The notes beneath the pieces were generated by a model, which had not been told where the DNA came from, searched no databases, and was given only the letters and a program-made list of their open reading frames with translations. The translations under genes and the position numbers were made by a program. Positions 13,301 through 26,200 of a DNA stretch of 64,000 nt are shown here, one piece after another. Within the stretch, counting starts at the first letter, position 1. Every line of letters begins with the position of its first letter. The DNA is from Tubulanus polymorphus (Eukaryota > Animalia > Nemertea), in contig NC_134025.1 of assembly GCF_964204645.1 (NCBI RefSeq), forward strand, positions 62,001 through 126,000. Reading direction: 5' to 3'.

Positions 13301-13853
13301 TAAATTTGACATAAATGTTTCAATCTGTAAATAAAACAAACATCGTCTCATTATCAATGACTCCCTCTCGCACCCTCACCCCTTACTCCCCTCGCGCTCC
13401 CCATCACCCCCCCCTCGCACTCCCCATCACCCCTCGCGCTCCCTCCTCACCCCTCACGCTCCCCTCACTCCCCCCTCGAGGTGATACTGACCTCAGATCG
13501 TTTTATCGGTTCTTCATCAAACTGATCCTTCTCTTTTATTGTTATCTCCTCGTCATTTTCCTCCTCAGTTATAACTTTCAAAAACTCAAAATCATCCTGA
13601 AATATTAACAAACAATGACACTGTCAGGGAAGGTACAGACACGGGACGGGTTCAAACCCGGGACCTCCTCCACCAGGCACAGCACCAGTCTCGCTCAGGC
13701 TGCTGCTGCTGCTGGACTCACCTCAGTTCCTCCCAACTCCTTCACATCATCCAAATTAAACTCTACATTTTCTTCGTTCTTTTCCTTCGATAATTTCTTC
13801 TTTTTCGTTTTATTTCCTCGTGGTTTTTCTGATCTTTTCACAACCGACGCCAT
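4363..13853 (-). CDS. CEBPZ: CCAAT/enhancer-binding protein zeta / Noc1-Mak21 ribosome biogenesis factor (multi-exon span)
   Basis: Family motifs SGTLQDRVAALTL, KPEEE..LL..LINKLGDP, DRYYSALYRKL, RNPLYC..HYHPSVALF..GDPLTDFTLIRFLDRFVYRNPK, acidic tail and KQLKWE..RDRW. ATG at 13853, TAG at 4363. Confidence 0.93.
4595..5395. repeat. 29-bp intronic minisatellite (cacgccacctagccagatagttggtgcag)n
   Basis: About 27 tandem copies in the last CEBPZ intron. Confidence 0.92.
6191..6315. mobile_element. Small MITE-like element in a CEBPZ intron
   Basis: Terminal inverted repeats gggccagttgctctaaagtt ... aacttttgagcaactggaccc, about 120 bp overall. Confidence 0.55.
6608..7222. repeat. G-rich intronic satellite (gggggtgaaggggaggggtggacaccagacga...)
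   Basis: Purine-rich tandem repeats with G-runs; source of the spurious Pro-rich ORFs. Confidence 0.9.
9830..11520. repeat. 146-bp satellite with three (TAACCC)2-TAGG blocks per unit
   Basis: accctaggtccagg recurs at 10021, 10167 and 10313 (period 146). About 10-11 copies in a CEBPZ intron. Confidence 0.92.
12215..12370. repeat. 20-bp minisatellite (ctgtggaactgagtcctgta)n, a dispersed family also at ~9160, ~30540 and ~37240
   Basis: Same unit seen in introns of CEBPZ, HLCS and SIAE. Confidence 0.85.
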
Positions 13854-14224
13854 TTTTATTTACATGTGGGCAATAAAATATAAATTGACTTGAATTGCGA
13901 GGAATAAAGCATTAATTGACTTGGATTTAGAGTGTAATAAAGGTCAGATTCGTCGATACGTATTAGATTTTTTACATTTTTAAATCTATTTGTATCGAAA
14001 TCATTACATTTTTGAATAAATTTTCGCGTCTTTTTATTTATACTTAATTGAGAAATAAAGTAAATTGTATTGAATTGAGGGTACTGGTCATAGTTGATTG
14101 CGCACGCGCAGTGATACTGATAGGCCTAGGTTTGACAAGGTCAGAGCAGAGTCAGAGTCAAACAGAGAGGAGACCCTCGATTCAATCATCCCTCACTCAT
14201 ACAGTCACTCACAGCAGCAGCAGG
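13854..14224. promoter_or_regulatory. Bidirectional promoter region between CEBPZ and glycogen phosphorylase
   Basis: Head-to-head ATGs about 370 bp apart. NRF1-like tgcgcacgcgca at ~14099 and YY1-like AAAATGGCG over the CEBPZ ATG. Confidence 0.6.
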
Positions 14225-17200
14225 ATGGCAGCTATACCTGAAAGCGACCACGAGAAACGTAAACAAATCAGTGTTCGAGGAATCGCTCAGGTCGAAAATG
14301 TGGGTTCCATTAAAAAAACATTCAATAGACATTTACATTATACCCTTGTGAAGGACAGGAATGTGGCGACCCCTAGGGATTATTTTTTCGCTCTAGCTCA
14401 TACTGTTAGAGATCATCTAGTCGGTAGATGGATCAGGACTCAACAGTATTACTATGAAAAAGATCCAAAGGTAAAACTTCGAAATTCTGTCACTTATTTG
14501 CCGGGCGCCGGGCTGGGGCCCGCGGGTACGTGAATCAGACCCTCTTGACCCCCGGTATACTATATTTGTATTGTAGAGAGTGTATTATCTGTCACTAGAG
14601 TTTTATATGGGACGATCTCTGTGTAACACAATGCTGAATTTAGGAATTCAAAACGCTTGCGATGAAGCCATGTATCAGGTAAATATAACCTTCCCCCCCT
14701 TCACCCCCCACTTACCCCCCTCTTAACTCCCCTTCAATATATGTATAACCTATAAACCTGAAGTACTGAATAAACATTACAGTTGAATGTGTGTCATTTA
14801 TCAGTGATAACACATGACCTCCCCCTCCCCCCTTCAGCTCCCCACTTTAAACCCCCCCTCTCTATATATATTTGTAGCTTGGTTTAGATATTGAAGAGTT
14901 GCAGGAGATTGAAGAAGATGCTGGATTAGGTAACGGTGGATTAGGAAGATTAGCCGCTTGTTTCCTAGATTCAATGGCTACTCTAGGATTAGCTGCCTAC
15001 GGTTACGGTTTGAGGTACGATTACGGTATCTTTACCCAGAGAATTAATCATGATGGATGGCAGGTAAATATCTACAGTGGCTCCCCCTATATTCTCCCGC
15101 CCGCGTGGACCGCCCTGTCTGATGTGTTTATTTCATGTGTAGGTCGAGGAACCCGATGATTGGTTAAGATTTGGAAATCCATGGGAGAAAGCTCGCCCTG
15201 AATATACTTTACCTGTGAATTTCTATGGAAACGTTGAACACAGCGCGGCAGGTGCTAAATGGGTTAACACACAGGTATATAGTATTCACTATAATCAGGA
15301 TTCATAACACTGTTAGTCCTGTTCCTTATTTTAGTTGTTGTTATTATATTACAGGTAGTTATGGCGTTACCGTTTGATAATCCTGTTCCTGGTTTCGGTA
15401 ATAACACATGTAACACTATGAGACTGTGGTCGGCTAAAGCTACTGATAGTTTCAATCTGAAATTCTGTAAGTATCTCTCCCCCCTCTACTCCCCTCTCCT
15501 CCTCCCCTCCCCTCCTCCCCTCCTCCCCAGCTATAAAAACTCACTAGAATAAATGGTGTTTATATTGTAGTTAACAGTGGTGAATACATTCAAGCAGTTT
15601 GTGACAGAAATGTCGCAGAAAATATCTCAAGGGTTCTCTATCCAAATGACAATGTGAGTTAAATTTGAAAGTTTAGTTTGCTGTGAGTTAATTTAGTCAA
15701 ATTTGCGATAAGTTATTTTCGCTGCCAGTTAAATTCACTGTCAGTTAAATTCGCTATGAGTTAAATTTGCTGTCAGTTTATTTCACTGCAAGTTTATTTC
15801 GCTGTCAGTTTATTTTGCTGTTAGTTAATTTCGCTGCAAGTTTATTTTGCTGTCAGTTTATTTTGCTGTCAGTTTATTTTGCTGTCAGTTTATTTTCGCT
15901 GTCAATTAATTTTGATGTCAGTTAAATTTGCTGTCAATTAAATTCGCAGTCAGTTAATTTTAATATAAGTTAATTTCGCTGTCAGTTAATTTTTGCTGTC
16001 AGTTAAATTCGCTATAAGTTAATTTCACTATTGGTTTGTTTCGCTGTCAATTAATTTCAATGTCAGTTTATTTCGCTGTCAGTTTATTTTCGCTGTCAGT
16101 TAATTTCGCTGTCAGTTAATTTCGCTGTCAATTAAATTCGCTGTCAATTAATTTTGATGTCAGTTAAATTTGCTGTCAATTAAATTCGCAAACAGTTAAT
16201 TTCGATGTAAGTTAATTTTGCTGTCAGTTAAATTCGCTATAAGTTAATTTCACTGTCAGTTTGTTTCGCTGTCAATTAATTTCAATGTCAGTTTATTTCG
16301 CTGTCATTTAAATTAGCTGTAAGTTAGTATTACTGTAATTAAATTGTATTGTTGCATTGATTTTAGATATTTGAAGGTAAAGAATTAAGATTGAAGCAGG
16401 AATATTTCCTCGTTGCTGCCACACTTCAGGACGTCATCAGAAGATTTAAATCAGCTAAATTTGGAGATCGTAATCCAGTTCGCACTTCATTTGATACTTT
16501 CCATGAGAAAGTTGCCATACAGTTAAACGATACACATCCATCATTGGCTATACCTGAATTAATGAGGATACTGATTGATATCGAAGGTTTATCCTGGGAT
16601 CAGGTAACGTTATTTCCTCAGTTTATAGCATGGTTTCAATAGTATTTATTATTATATATGAGTTTATTTATAGGCTTGGAGCGTCACTAATAAAACCTGC
16701 GCGTACACTAATCATACAGTTTTACCTGAAGCGTTAGAAAGATGGCCAGTGAGAATGTTAGAGTATATTCTACCGAGACATTTAGAAATCATGTACGAGA
16801 TCAACGCGCAGTGGTTAAAGGTTTGTATTCTACCTACTGGCGACACCTGGTGGAGTAGTACTACATCTCGCTGTGTAGCTACTAGCGACACCTGGTGGAG
16901 TAGTACTACATCTCCCTGTGTAGCTACTAGTGACACCTGGTGGAGTAGTACTACATCTCGCTGCGTAGCTACTAGTGACACCTGGTGGAGTAGTACTACA
17001 TCTCGCTGCGTAGCTACTAGTGACACCTGGTGGAGTAGTACTACATCTCGCTGCGTAGCTACTAGTGACACCTGGTGGAGTAGTACTACATCTCGCTGTG
17101 TAGCTACTAGTGACACCTGGTGGAGTAGTACTACATCTCGCTGTGTAGCTACTAGTGACACCTGGTGGAGAAGTACTACGTCTCGCTGTGTAGCTACTAG

Positions 17201-20200
17201 TGACACCTGGTGGAGTAGTAATACATCTCGCTGTGTAGCTACTAGTGACACCTGGTGGAGTAGTACTACATCTCGCTGTGTAGCTACTAGTGACACCTGG
17301 TGGAGTAGTACTACATCTCGCTGTGTAGCTACTAGTGACACCTGGTGGAGTAGTACTACATCTCGCTGTGTAGCTACTAGTGACACCTGGTGGAGTAGTA
17401 CTACATCTCGCTGTGTAGCTACTAGTGACACCTGGTGGAGTAGTACTACATCTCGCTGTGTAGCTACTAGTGACACCTGGTGGAGTAGTACAACATCTCG
17501 CTGTGTAGCTACTAGTGACACCTGGTGGATTGTAGCAATAATGAATGTAATTAATGTTATAGAGAATAGAGAAGTTGTATCCAGGAGACGGAGGTCGAAT
17601 GAGACGTCTGTCTATTGTTGAAGAGGAAGGAGATAAGAGGATTAATATGGCGTATTTATGTCTGGTCGGTTGTCATACTGTGAATGGTGTAGCGGCTATA
17701 CATTCATCTATTATACGTAAAGAGACGTGAGTTACTCCCCCCTCCCCCCACTCACCCCCCTCACTCCCTGTTTCTGTTTAACGTATTCATCATTTTCATT
17801 TAGGTTCCGAGAATTTGCTGAAATTTTCCCGGAGAAATTCCAGAATAAAACGAATGGAATAACACCTCGACGCTGGCTGTGTTTGTGTAACCCGAACTTA
17901 TCGGATATCATTTCTGATGTAAGTACCCCCTCCTCCCCCTAGAACACCCCCTCCCCCTAGAACACCCCCTCCTCCCCTCCCCCTAGAACACCCCCTCCCC
18001 TCCCCTAGAACACCCCTCCTCTCCTCCCCCTAGAACACCCCATCCTCCCCTCCCCCTAGAGCACCCCCTCCTCCCCTCCCCCTAGAACACCCCTCCCATC
18101 CCCCTAGAACACCCCTTCCTCCCCTCCCCCTAGAACACCCCCTCCTCCCCTCCCCCTAGAACACCCCCTCCTGGGGTAACTATCCTCTCAGACATGTTTG
18201 TTGATGTTTTCAGAAAATTGGAGATGGTTACGTTACGAATCTGAGTGAATTGAGAAAACTGACAGAATTCGCTAAGAATAAAACATTTCTACGAGATTTG
18301 ATGAAAGTCAAAACAGAAAATAAAATGAAATTTGCCGAATATATTCAGAAAGAATTCAATATTTCTGTGGATCCAACTTCAATGTTTGATGTTCAAGTAA
18401 AACGTATTCACGAGTATAAGAGACAGTTATTGAATGCATTACACATGATTGTTTTATACAACAGATTGAAATCAAATCCAAACATGCAATTTGTATCTCG
18501 TACAATCATGGTCGGTGGTAAGGTACGTATTATTATCACTAGGGGGCACCACTCGTTCGATAACCCCCCCCCCGTATATTCAGTTCTATATGTTGACTAG
18601 TGTTTATTTTGTCCTATAGGCGGCGCCGGGATATCACATGGCTAAATTAATCATTAAATTGATTTGTTCGATCGGCCGCGTAGTCAATAACGACCCAATA
18701 ATCGGTAAACGATTAAAGATCGTTTATCTGGAGAATTACAGAGTTTCATTGGCTGAAAAAGTGATTCCTGCCTCTGATCTCAGCGAACAGATTTCAACGG
18801 CCGGAACTGAGGCTTCCGGAACTGGAAACATGAAATTCCAGGTATATTATTCCCACCACTAGATGGCGTGACTAATGGTAGGATTTTGCGGTATTTATTG
18901 TTTACGTTAATTATTGATTACAGTTGAACGGAGCTCTTACAATCGGTACACTAGATGGCGCTAATGTAGAGATGCGTGAAGAGATGGGAGATGAGAATAT
19001 ATTCATATTTGGTATGACAGTGGATGAAGTGGATGCCTTGAAGAAAAGAGGGTAAAACATGATATATCACTACATCCACTTCCACAGTTCATTATCCACT
19101 TCCACAGTTCATTATCCACTTCCACAGTTCATTATCCACTTCCACAGTTCATTATCCACTTCCACAGTTCATTATCCACTTCCACAGTTCATTATCCACT
19201 TCCACAGTTCATTATCCACTTCCACAGTTCATTATCCACTTCCACAGTTCATTATCCACTTACACAGTTCATTATCCACTTCCACAGTTCATTATCCACT
19301 TCCACAGTTCATTATCCACTTCCACAGTTCATTATCCACTTCCACAGTTCATTATCCACTTCCACAGTTCATTATCCACTTCCACAGTTCATTATCCACT
19401 TCCACAGTTCATTATCCACTTCCACAGTTCATTATCCACTTCCACAGTTCATTATCCACTTCCACAGTTCATTATCCACTTCCACAGTTCATTATCCACT
19501 TCCACAGTTCATTATCCACTTCCACAGTTCATTATCCACTTCCACAGTTCATTATCCACTTCCACAGTTCATTATCCACTTCCACAGTTCATTATCCACT
19601 TCCACAGTTCATTATCCACTTCCACAGTTCATTATCCACTTCCACAGTTCATTATCCACTTCCACAGTTCAGTTAAGTTCTGGAGGAATTAGAATTAGTT
19701 CATACTCTAGTCATATTTTTACTGTGGATGCAGAATTGTGGAACTGAATATATATATTTGTGGAACATGTGGAATATGTATTAATTGTGATTGTATTTGT
19801 AGTTATAACGCACATGAATATTATGAGAAACTGCCAGAATTACGACAAGCAATTGATCAGATAAATGGAGGATTCTTCTCTCCGGACAACCCGAGTCAGT
19901 TTAACCAAATCACTGATATGTTGTTTAATCATGATAGGTATGTACCTCTTACTTACCTCTCTCTTATCTCTCTCTTACCCCTCTATCTCTCTTACCTCTC
20001 TCTCTTATCGCTCTTACTTACCTCTCTCTCTTACCTCTCTCTCTTATTGCTCTTACTTACCTCTCTCTCTTACCTCTCTCTCTTATTGCTCTTACTTACC
20101 TCTCTCTCTTACCTCTCTCTCTTATCGCTCTTACCTCTCTCTCTTACCTCTCTCTTACCTCTCTATCTTACCTCTCTCTCTCTTACCTCTCTCTCTTATC

Positions 20201-20989
20201 GCTCTTACTTACCTCTCTCTCTTACCTCTCTCTCTTATCGCTCTTACTTACCTCTCTCTCTTACCTCTCTCTCTTATCGCTCTTACTTACCTCTCTCTCT
20301 TACCTCTCTCTCTTATTGCTCTTACTTACCTCTCTCTCTTACCTCTCTCTCTTATCGCTCTTACCTCTCTCTCTTACCTCTCTCTTACCTCTCTATCTTA
20401 CCTCTCTCTCTCTTACCTCTCTCTCTTATCGCTCTTACTTACCTCTCTCTCTTACCTCTCTCTCTTATCGCTCTTACTTACCTCTCTCTCTTACCTCTCT
20501 CTCTTATCGCTCTTACTTACCTCTCTCTCTTACCTCTCTCTCTTATCGCTCTTACCTCTCCCTTACCTCTCTCTTACCTCTCTCTTACCTCTTTCTTACT
20601 TACCTCTCTGTCTCCCTCTCTTAACCTCATGTTGTTAATTTCTCTTTAATTGTAGATTTTTCTTGTTCGCTGATTTCGAGGACTACATTAAAACACAGGA
20701 CCGAGTCAGTGAGGTGTTCGCTGTAAGTACACTAATCCCACGATTAAACTATAATCCCGAGATTACACTAATCCTGAGAGTAGTTAATATCGAGGAGTAT
20801 TGTATTTTATAGAAACCCGACAAGTGGTACGAGATGGCTACTATGAATATCGCCGCGTCTGGTAAATTCTCAAGCGACCGCACAATTTCAGAATACGCTA
20901 AGGACATCTGGGGAGTGAAGCCGACACTAGATAAACTAGCGGCTCCTCACGAGGTTCCTATCTGGGATAACAATGAGAAAGTTGAGTAA
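14225..20989 (+). CDS. PYG: Glycogen phosphorylase (multi-exon span)
   Basis: [10 protein letters not shown] (phosphosite), [52 protein letters not shown] (PLP lysine) and [12 protein letters not shown] at 14225, TAA at 20989. Confidence 0.98.
15655..16330. repeat. Degenerate AT-rich ~17-19-bp tandem repeat (ttcgctgtcagttaat)
   Basis: Visible in a phosphorylase intron. Confidence 0.85.
16833..17530. repeat. 42-bp minisatellite (actagtgacacctggtggagtagtactacatctcgctgtgtagct-type)
   Basis: About 16-17 copies; explains ORFs 16712-17521 and 16749-17621. Confidence 0.92.
17925..18172. repeat. C-rich tandem repeat (ccctagaacaccccctcct)
   Basis: Intronic tandem copies. Confidence 0.85.
19072..19670. 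repeat. 20-bp near-perfect minisatellite (atccacttccacagttcatt)n
   Basis: About 30 copies with one variant, intronic. Confidence 0.95.
19943..20610. repeat. Pyrimidine-rich compound microsatellite (cttacctctctct / cttatcgct)
   Basis: Intronic; explains the Leu/Ser ORFs. Confidence 0.9.
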
Positions 20990-22023
20990 ACCGAGTAACT
21001 ATAGTTACAAGAGCGATATAGTTAAGCTGTAAGCTACCGTTATTTACTTAATAATAAATATATATTGAATCTTAACGTCACAAGAGATTCGCAAACAATC
21101 TAAAACTGTTTGAAACAAGGTGCATTAAACACCGGGGTTAAGTAAGACCAGGGTTTAATAAAACCAGGGTTTGTAACATCGAGGTTTAGTAACAATTGTT
21201 ATCTGAAAATATAAGGAATCTATTGTATAAAGTATATTGTTGTATATATAAAAACAACTGTCTCATTATAACCTACTAACAATACAATACAATACGATAT
21301 AATACTAGAAAGAGTGATTTATTATTAACTGAATTGTTGTAAAATTTAAACCCATATCAATATCTATTGTTGTTGTTGTTATCGAAACTAAAAATGAAAA
21401 CTCAGCTTTAAATCAACTGTTGATATCACCACTAATTAATCAAACAGGAGTTATGTTATACTAAGAGTAAATAATAGTGTTGTTTATTTTCAATCTCACT
21501 ATGTGCTGTACGACTGCGCGCGGTGCTATCTTCGTATTAATCCAGAAACTACAATAATCTGAGACTAGAAGATGAATTATAATCTCATAGGTGTCAGTTA
21601 GTCTAGTGATATAATAGTTTGGTTTTACACACATTCTATTGATTATTAGTTACTCCTGGGTTTATTTCCATTATTGTTATATTCAAGTGGTGACTGTAAA
21701 AGATTTACTCGTTTAAACATCTCAGGGAGAGGAGAACATTAAAAAACTAGCAAAATCAGATGGCTTGAAATACCTAACAAGCCAATCAGATGCTGGCTTA
21801 AAACAACTAGCCGATCAGGTGGCTTAAACACCTAGCCAATCAGATGCTTATAACGACTAGCCAATCAGGTGTCCTTAATTCAATCAGTTATTCTTATCAG
21901 GGAAAATTAGTCCTGCAAAAAGATTTATCAAAAAGTTCGTGTCACCAATTGGGATTATATATTATATATGTATTTATGTTAGAATGATTCTGTGAATGAA
22001 ATATAGCATGGTTAGATACTCTT

Positions 22024-22106
22024 CTGCCCCCTGGTGGCAGAACTTTGCAAACCGGATGAACGCCCCCTGGTGAAGGAACACTAAACCGGATGAATGCCCC
22101 CTGGTG
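22024..22106 (-). promoter_or_regulatory. Cluster of three CTCF-like motifs between convergent genes
   Basis: ctgccccctggtgg, cgccccctggtg and tgccccctggtg; reverse complement CCACCAGGGGGCAG matches the CTCF core consensus. Confidence 0.55.
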
Positions 22107-22669
22107 ACAATTTGTGCCATAAATCAGTGAAACATGCTTGTTCTTACATTGTAGCCTTTGTGTATAACCTTTCTGTGTGTAAAACCAAATCATTTCATTT
22201 CTAATTTTCAAACTTCAGATATTAGGAATTAGTGAGGCTTAAATATAGAAATAATTTGATTGAATATTGTAAAATCCTTGAGTCTATAAATGCAGTTGTT
22301 AGGACTTAGACTTAGAGTCTCGTATATCCTCTATTTAATAGGGCTGTTCATATTGAGTTATAGTGTTAAAGCTTTGAAATAAAACATTTCAATATATACT
22401 ACATCATTTCTGTTCATTCGAAATTGATGGTTTTAAATCCTGACAGTGACAGAAAATATGGGAAAATCGTTAGGAAGGATTCACTAGTATCCAGAGGGGT
22501 TGGTTTAATATACTCATAGTATTGTCCTCAATCCACAGGGGTTAACTCAATTGAAGATGAATTGAGTTAGCCCCCGGGCTTAAGTTAAAACCAGTCTATA
22601 AAATCGGGCCCTAGTTAATTAGAATTAGGCGCCACAGTATTCTGAGGGAAATAGATAATCCGACATATG

Positions 22670-22980
22670 CTGCCCGACTATTTTAGTTCACAGAAATCCC
22701 GCTATCGTCATTCATAGGGGCAGCACTGAACGGTTGAGATCTAATACAGCCTTTCAATTCTACTGTGGCATGTGAGGAATACAGATATTTTTTTAGTCGA
22801 AATCCATACATAATTCGAAAGTTGTGTGTGGAAAATGAGTTATTGTATCAACGCAAAGCTTTATCTTAGGTGAATCTTCTTATGAAATTGATTTTGAAGC
22901 CACTTTAAGTAGAACTATTTGCTCAGCGAATGCATTAGCATCCGGTAAAGCGACAGATTCACATGCCACAGAAGGAATTC
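22670..22980. mobile_element. Dispersed MITE-like family copy
   Basis: tagttcac...cccgctat...atagggggcagcactgaacgg...ctgtggcatgtgag and inverted tcacatgccacag; similar to 3885-4205. Confidence 0.6.
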
Positions 22981-23215
22981 AAAACTAATTAAACTTTATT
23001 CCCAAGGAATTAATATTTTACAAACTCATTAGTTTGCAATCTGCTCGGAGCTCGATGGACCGCTAATGACGTCATACAGTGTACCGAGGTTCCTGGGGTC
23101 TCAACCCAAAATCTTACAAAAATACAAATAAATAATTTCAACACAAACGAACGCAAATATTATTTAAGAAGATTTAATTTTATTGTTTGTACACATTTTA
23201 AGAGAGAGATGATAA

Positions 23216-26200
23216 TTATATCTCAGAAGCTGCTCGTCTGGTAACTGTTGCTTTATATTGATTCCTCCTTTTATAGTCCACAAAACAACGTTTTTTATAA
23301 GAATCTAATTTATAATAAGGTGGTCTTTTTTTAGGTCGAGCGAGAGGAACTTTTCCTTCGTAATAAATTCGTTCAAAATCGAGATCTTCGTCTGGTTGAA
23401 TAGTACGAGTATCGCCACTAGGTGACGCCACTACTACCGGATAATTATCCATCTCTTTACGATATTCGACCACATGAAGTTTCTCTCGTTCTGCCAATTG
23501 TTGAGCAGTTTCCTGAAATTATAGATATATACCTACTCAACTGAGATGAGGAAACCCTGGTAAGTGAGGAGATGGGCAAGTGAATCCTGGTAAGTGAGTG
23601 AGGAAGGTATTACTTGGTTCACTAATGAGGAGAGAGGCAAATGAACCCTGGTAAGTGAGTGAGGAAGGTATTACCTGGTTTGCTAATGAGGAGACCCTGG
23701 CGAGTGAGGAAGGTATTACCTGGTTTGCTAATGAGGAGACCCTGGCGAGTGAGGAAGGTATTACCTGGTTTGCTAATGCTTTAAAGAAAGCTTTCGTCAG
23801 ATTTTGAATATTCCTCGCTCCACGTTTCTCTATTTTCGCGTACATATCTTTAATTCCGATCAATTCGCAGATAGTCTTCAAAACCCGTTGACAAACCAGT
23901 CCATATCCTACAAATAGTATTCACCTATTGTCCAGAAACCCGAACGTACGATGAAATAAAACATTACACTGATTTCAAACGAACCTTTTTGCTTTTTTTC
24001 TATGAATATTCTCGTGCGACGTTCTTCTGTATACATGTTGTGACACACTACAAACACAGTTACATTCTATTATTGATTTGTTTAGGAGTTGAGTTAGGTT
24101 TAGGGGTTGATTGTGGTTTAGGGGTTGATTTTAGGCTTAGGGGTTGAGTTAAGGTTCATCAGGGGTCGAGTTAAGGTTCATCAGGGGTTGAGTTTAGGTA
24201 AATCAGGGGTTGAGTTGAGGTTTAGGGGTTGAAGTTAAGATTTAGGGGTTGAGTTTAGGTTAAGGGGTTGAGTTTAGGTTTAGGGTTTGTATGCTACCTA
24301 CCTGTATGATTATCATATAATTCTATATATTGAAGTCTTTGCGCTGCTTTATTTTTGGCTTGTTTTAAAGCTGATCGTCCGTTGACTGCTTTAGCTTTAG
24401 CGAATCCTGCGATTCCATTTTTATTTCCAGTGACGACAAACGCGCTGAATTTCATTTTACGCCCGAATAAAGCGGTCATATTAGACACAGTTTTATACTG
24501 AAATAAATACAACTCTCTCTCACTGTTCAGATTCTCGTTTCATGGAATTATTAGATTTCAAATCAGTTTGATTTAAAGGAGTGAATCTCCATATATTTCA
24601 TGTTTTAAAACATCAATGATGCTAAACACATTTCTCACCTCTAAAACCCTTGTATCGAATCCTTCAAATTTATCTGAAAATAAATCAAAACAACTTCATT
24701 AGAATAAATTAGAGAGCTACCTCCCCCCCTGTACAGGGAATACTTACGATCCATGATTGGGTCCGGGGGTCCTATACTCATCCCGGGCCACCGAGTCCCG
24801 GCGTAACCCCGGATTAAACCCGGTAATGATAATACTCTCGGTTTATGCATTGATTCTCGGATTTTAATCAATTGTTGCATTCGTTCAGGATTTGCTGGAA
24901 GTTCTTTCTGTTGAACAATTTCACGACCTTTTAAAACTGGGGCGTTTAAACCGGGCCAAACCATGTTCATTTCACCTACAAATACAAACATAATAAACCA
25001 GGTTTAAACCGGGCCAAACCATGTTCATTTCACCTACAAATACAAACATAATAAACCAGGTTTAAACCGGGCCAAACCATGTTCATTTCACCTACAAATA
25101 CAAACATAATAAACCAGGTTTAAACCGGGCCAAACCATGTTCATTTCACCTACAAATACAGACATAATAAACCAGGTTTAAACCGGGCCAAACCATGTTC
25201 ATTTCACCTACAAATACAAACATAATAAACCAGGTTTAAACCGGGCCAAACCATGTTCATTTCACCTACAAATACAAACATAATAAACCAGGTTTAAACC
25301 GGGCCAAACCATGTTCATTTCACCTACAAATACAAACATAATAAACCAGGTTTAAACCGGGCCAAACCATGTTCATTTCACCTACAAATACAAACATAAT
25401 AAACCAGGTTTAAACCGGGCCAAACCATGTTCATTTCACCTACAAATACAAACATAATAAACCAGGTTTAAACCGGGCCAAACCATGTTCATTTCACCTA
25501 CAAATACAGACATAATAAACAAGGTTTAAACCGGGCCAAACCATGTTCATTTCACCTACAAATACAAACATAATAAACCAGGTTTAAACCGGGCCAAACC
25601 ATGTTCATTTCACCTACAAATACAAACATAATAAACCAGGTTTAAACCGGGCCAAACCATGTTCATTTCACCTACAAATACAGACATAATAGACCAGGTT
25701 TAAACCGGGCCAAACCATGTTCATTTCACCTACAAATACAAACATAATAAACCAGGTTTAAACCGGGCCAAACCATGTTCATTTCACCTACAAATACAAA
25801 CATAATAAACCAGGTTTAAACCGGGCCAAACCATGTTCATTTCACCTACAAATACAAACATAATAAACCAGGTTTAAACCGGGCCAAACCATGTTCATTT
25901 CACCTACAAATACAGACATAATAAACCAGGTTTAAACCGGGCCAAACCATGTTCATTTCACCTACAAATACAAACATAATAAACCAGGTTTAAACCATGT
26001 TCATTTCACCTACAAATACAATGTTCATCCTAACATGGTCCAGTTCCACAATTGTGAGGGGTCAAACTGTGGAACTAGCGCCACCTATATGTACCTTCTC
26101 CAATAACTTGTCCCCGATTTAAATCTGTTCGTTTCCGTTTCCCAATACGTTTTCCGCGTCCTTTACGTTTCATCCCTTGTGGCGCCACCCCGTCCCATAA

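Noticed and set aside
16712-17621. Long ORFs over the 42-bp array
   Set aside because: Lie in a phosphorylase intron between a clear donor (16821) and acceptor (~17562); they are repeat translations.
19059-20649. His/Leu/Ser-rich ORFs
   Set aside because: Intronic mini- and microsatellites, apart from the short true exon at ~19803-19938.
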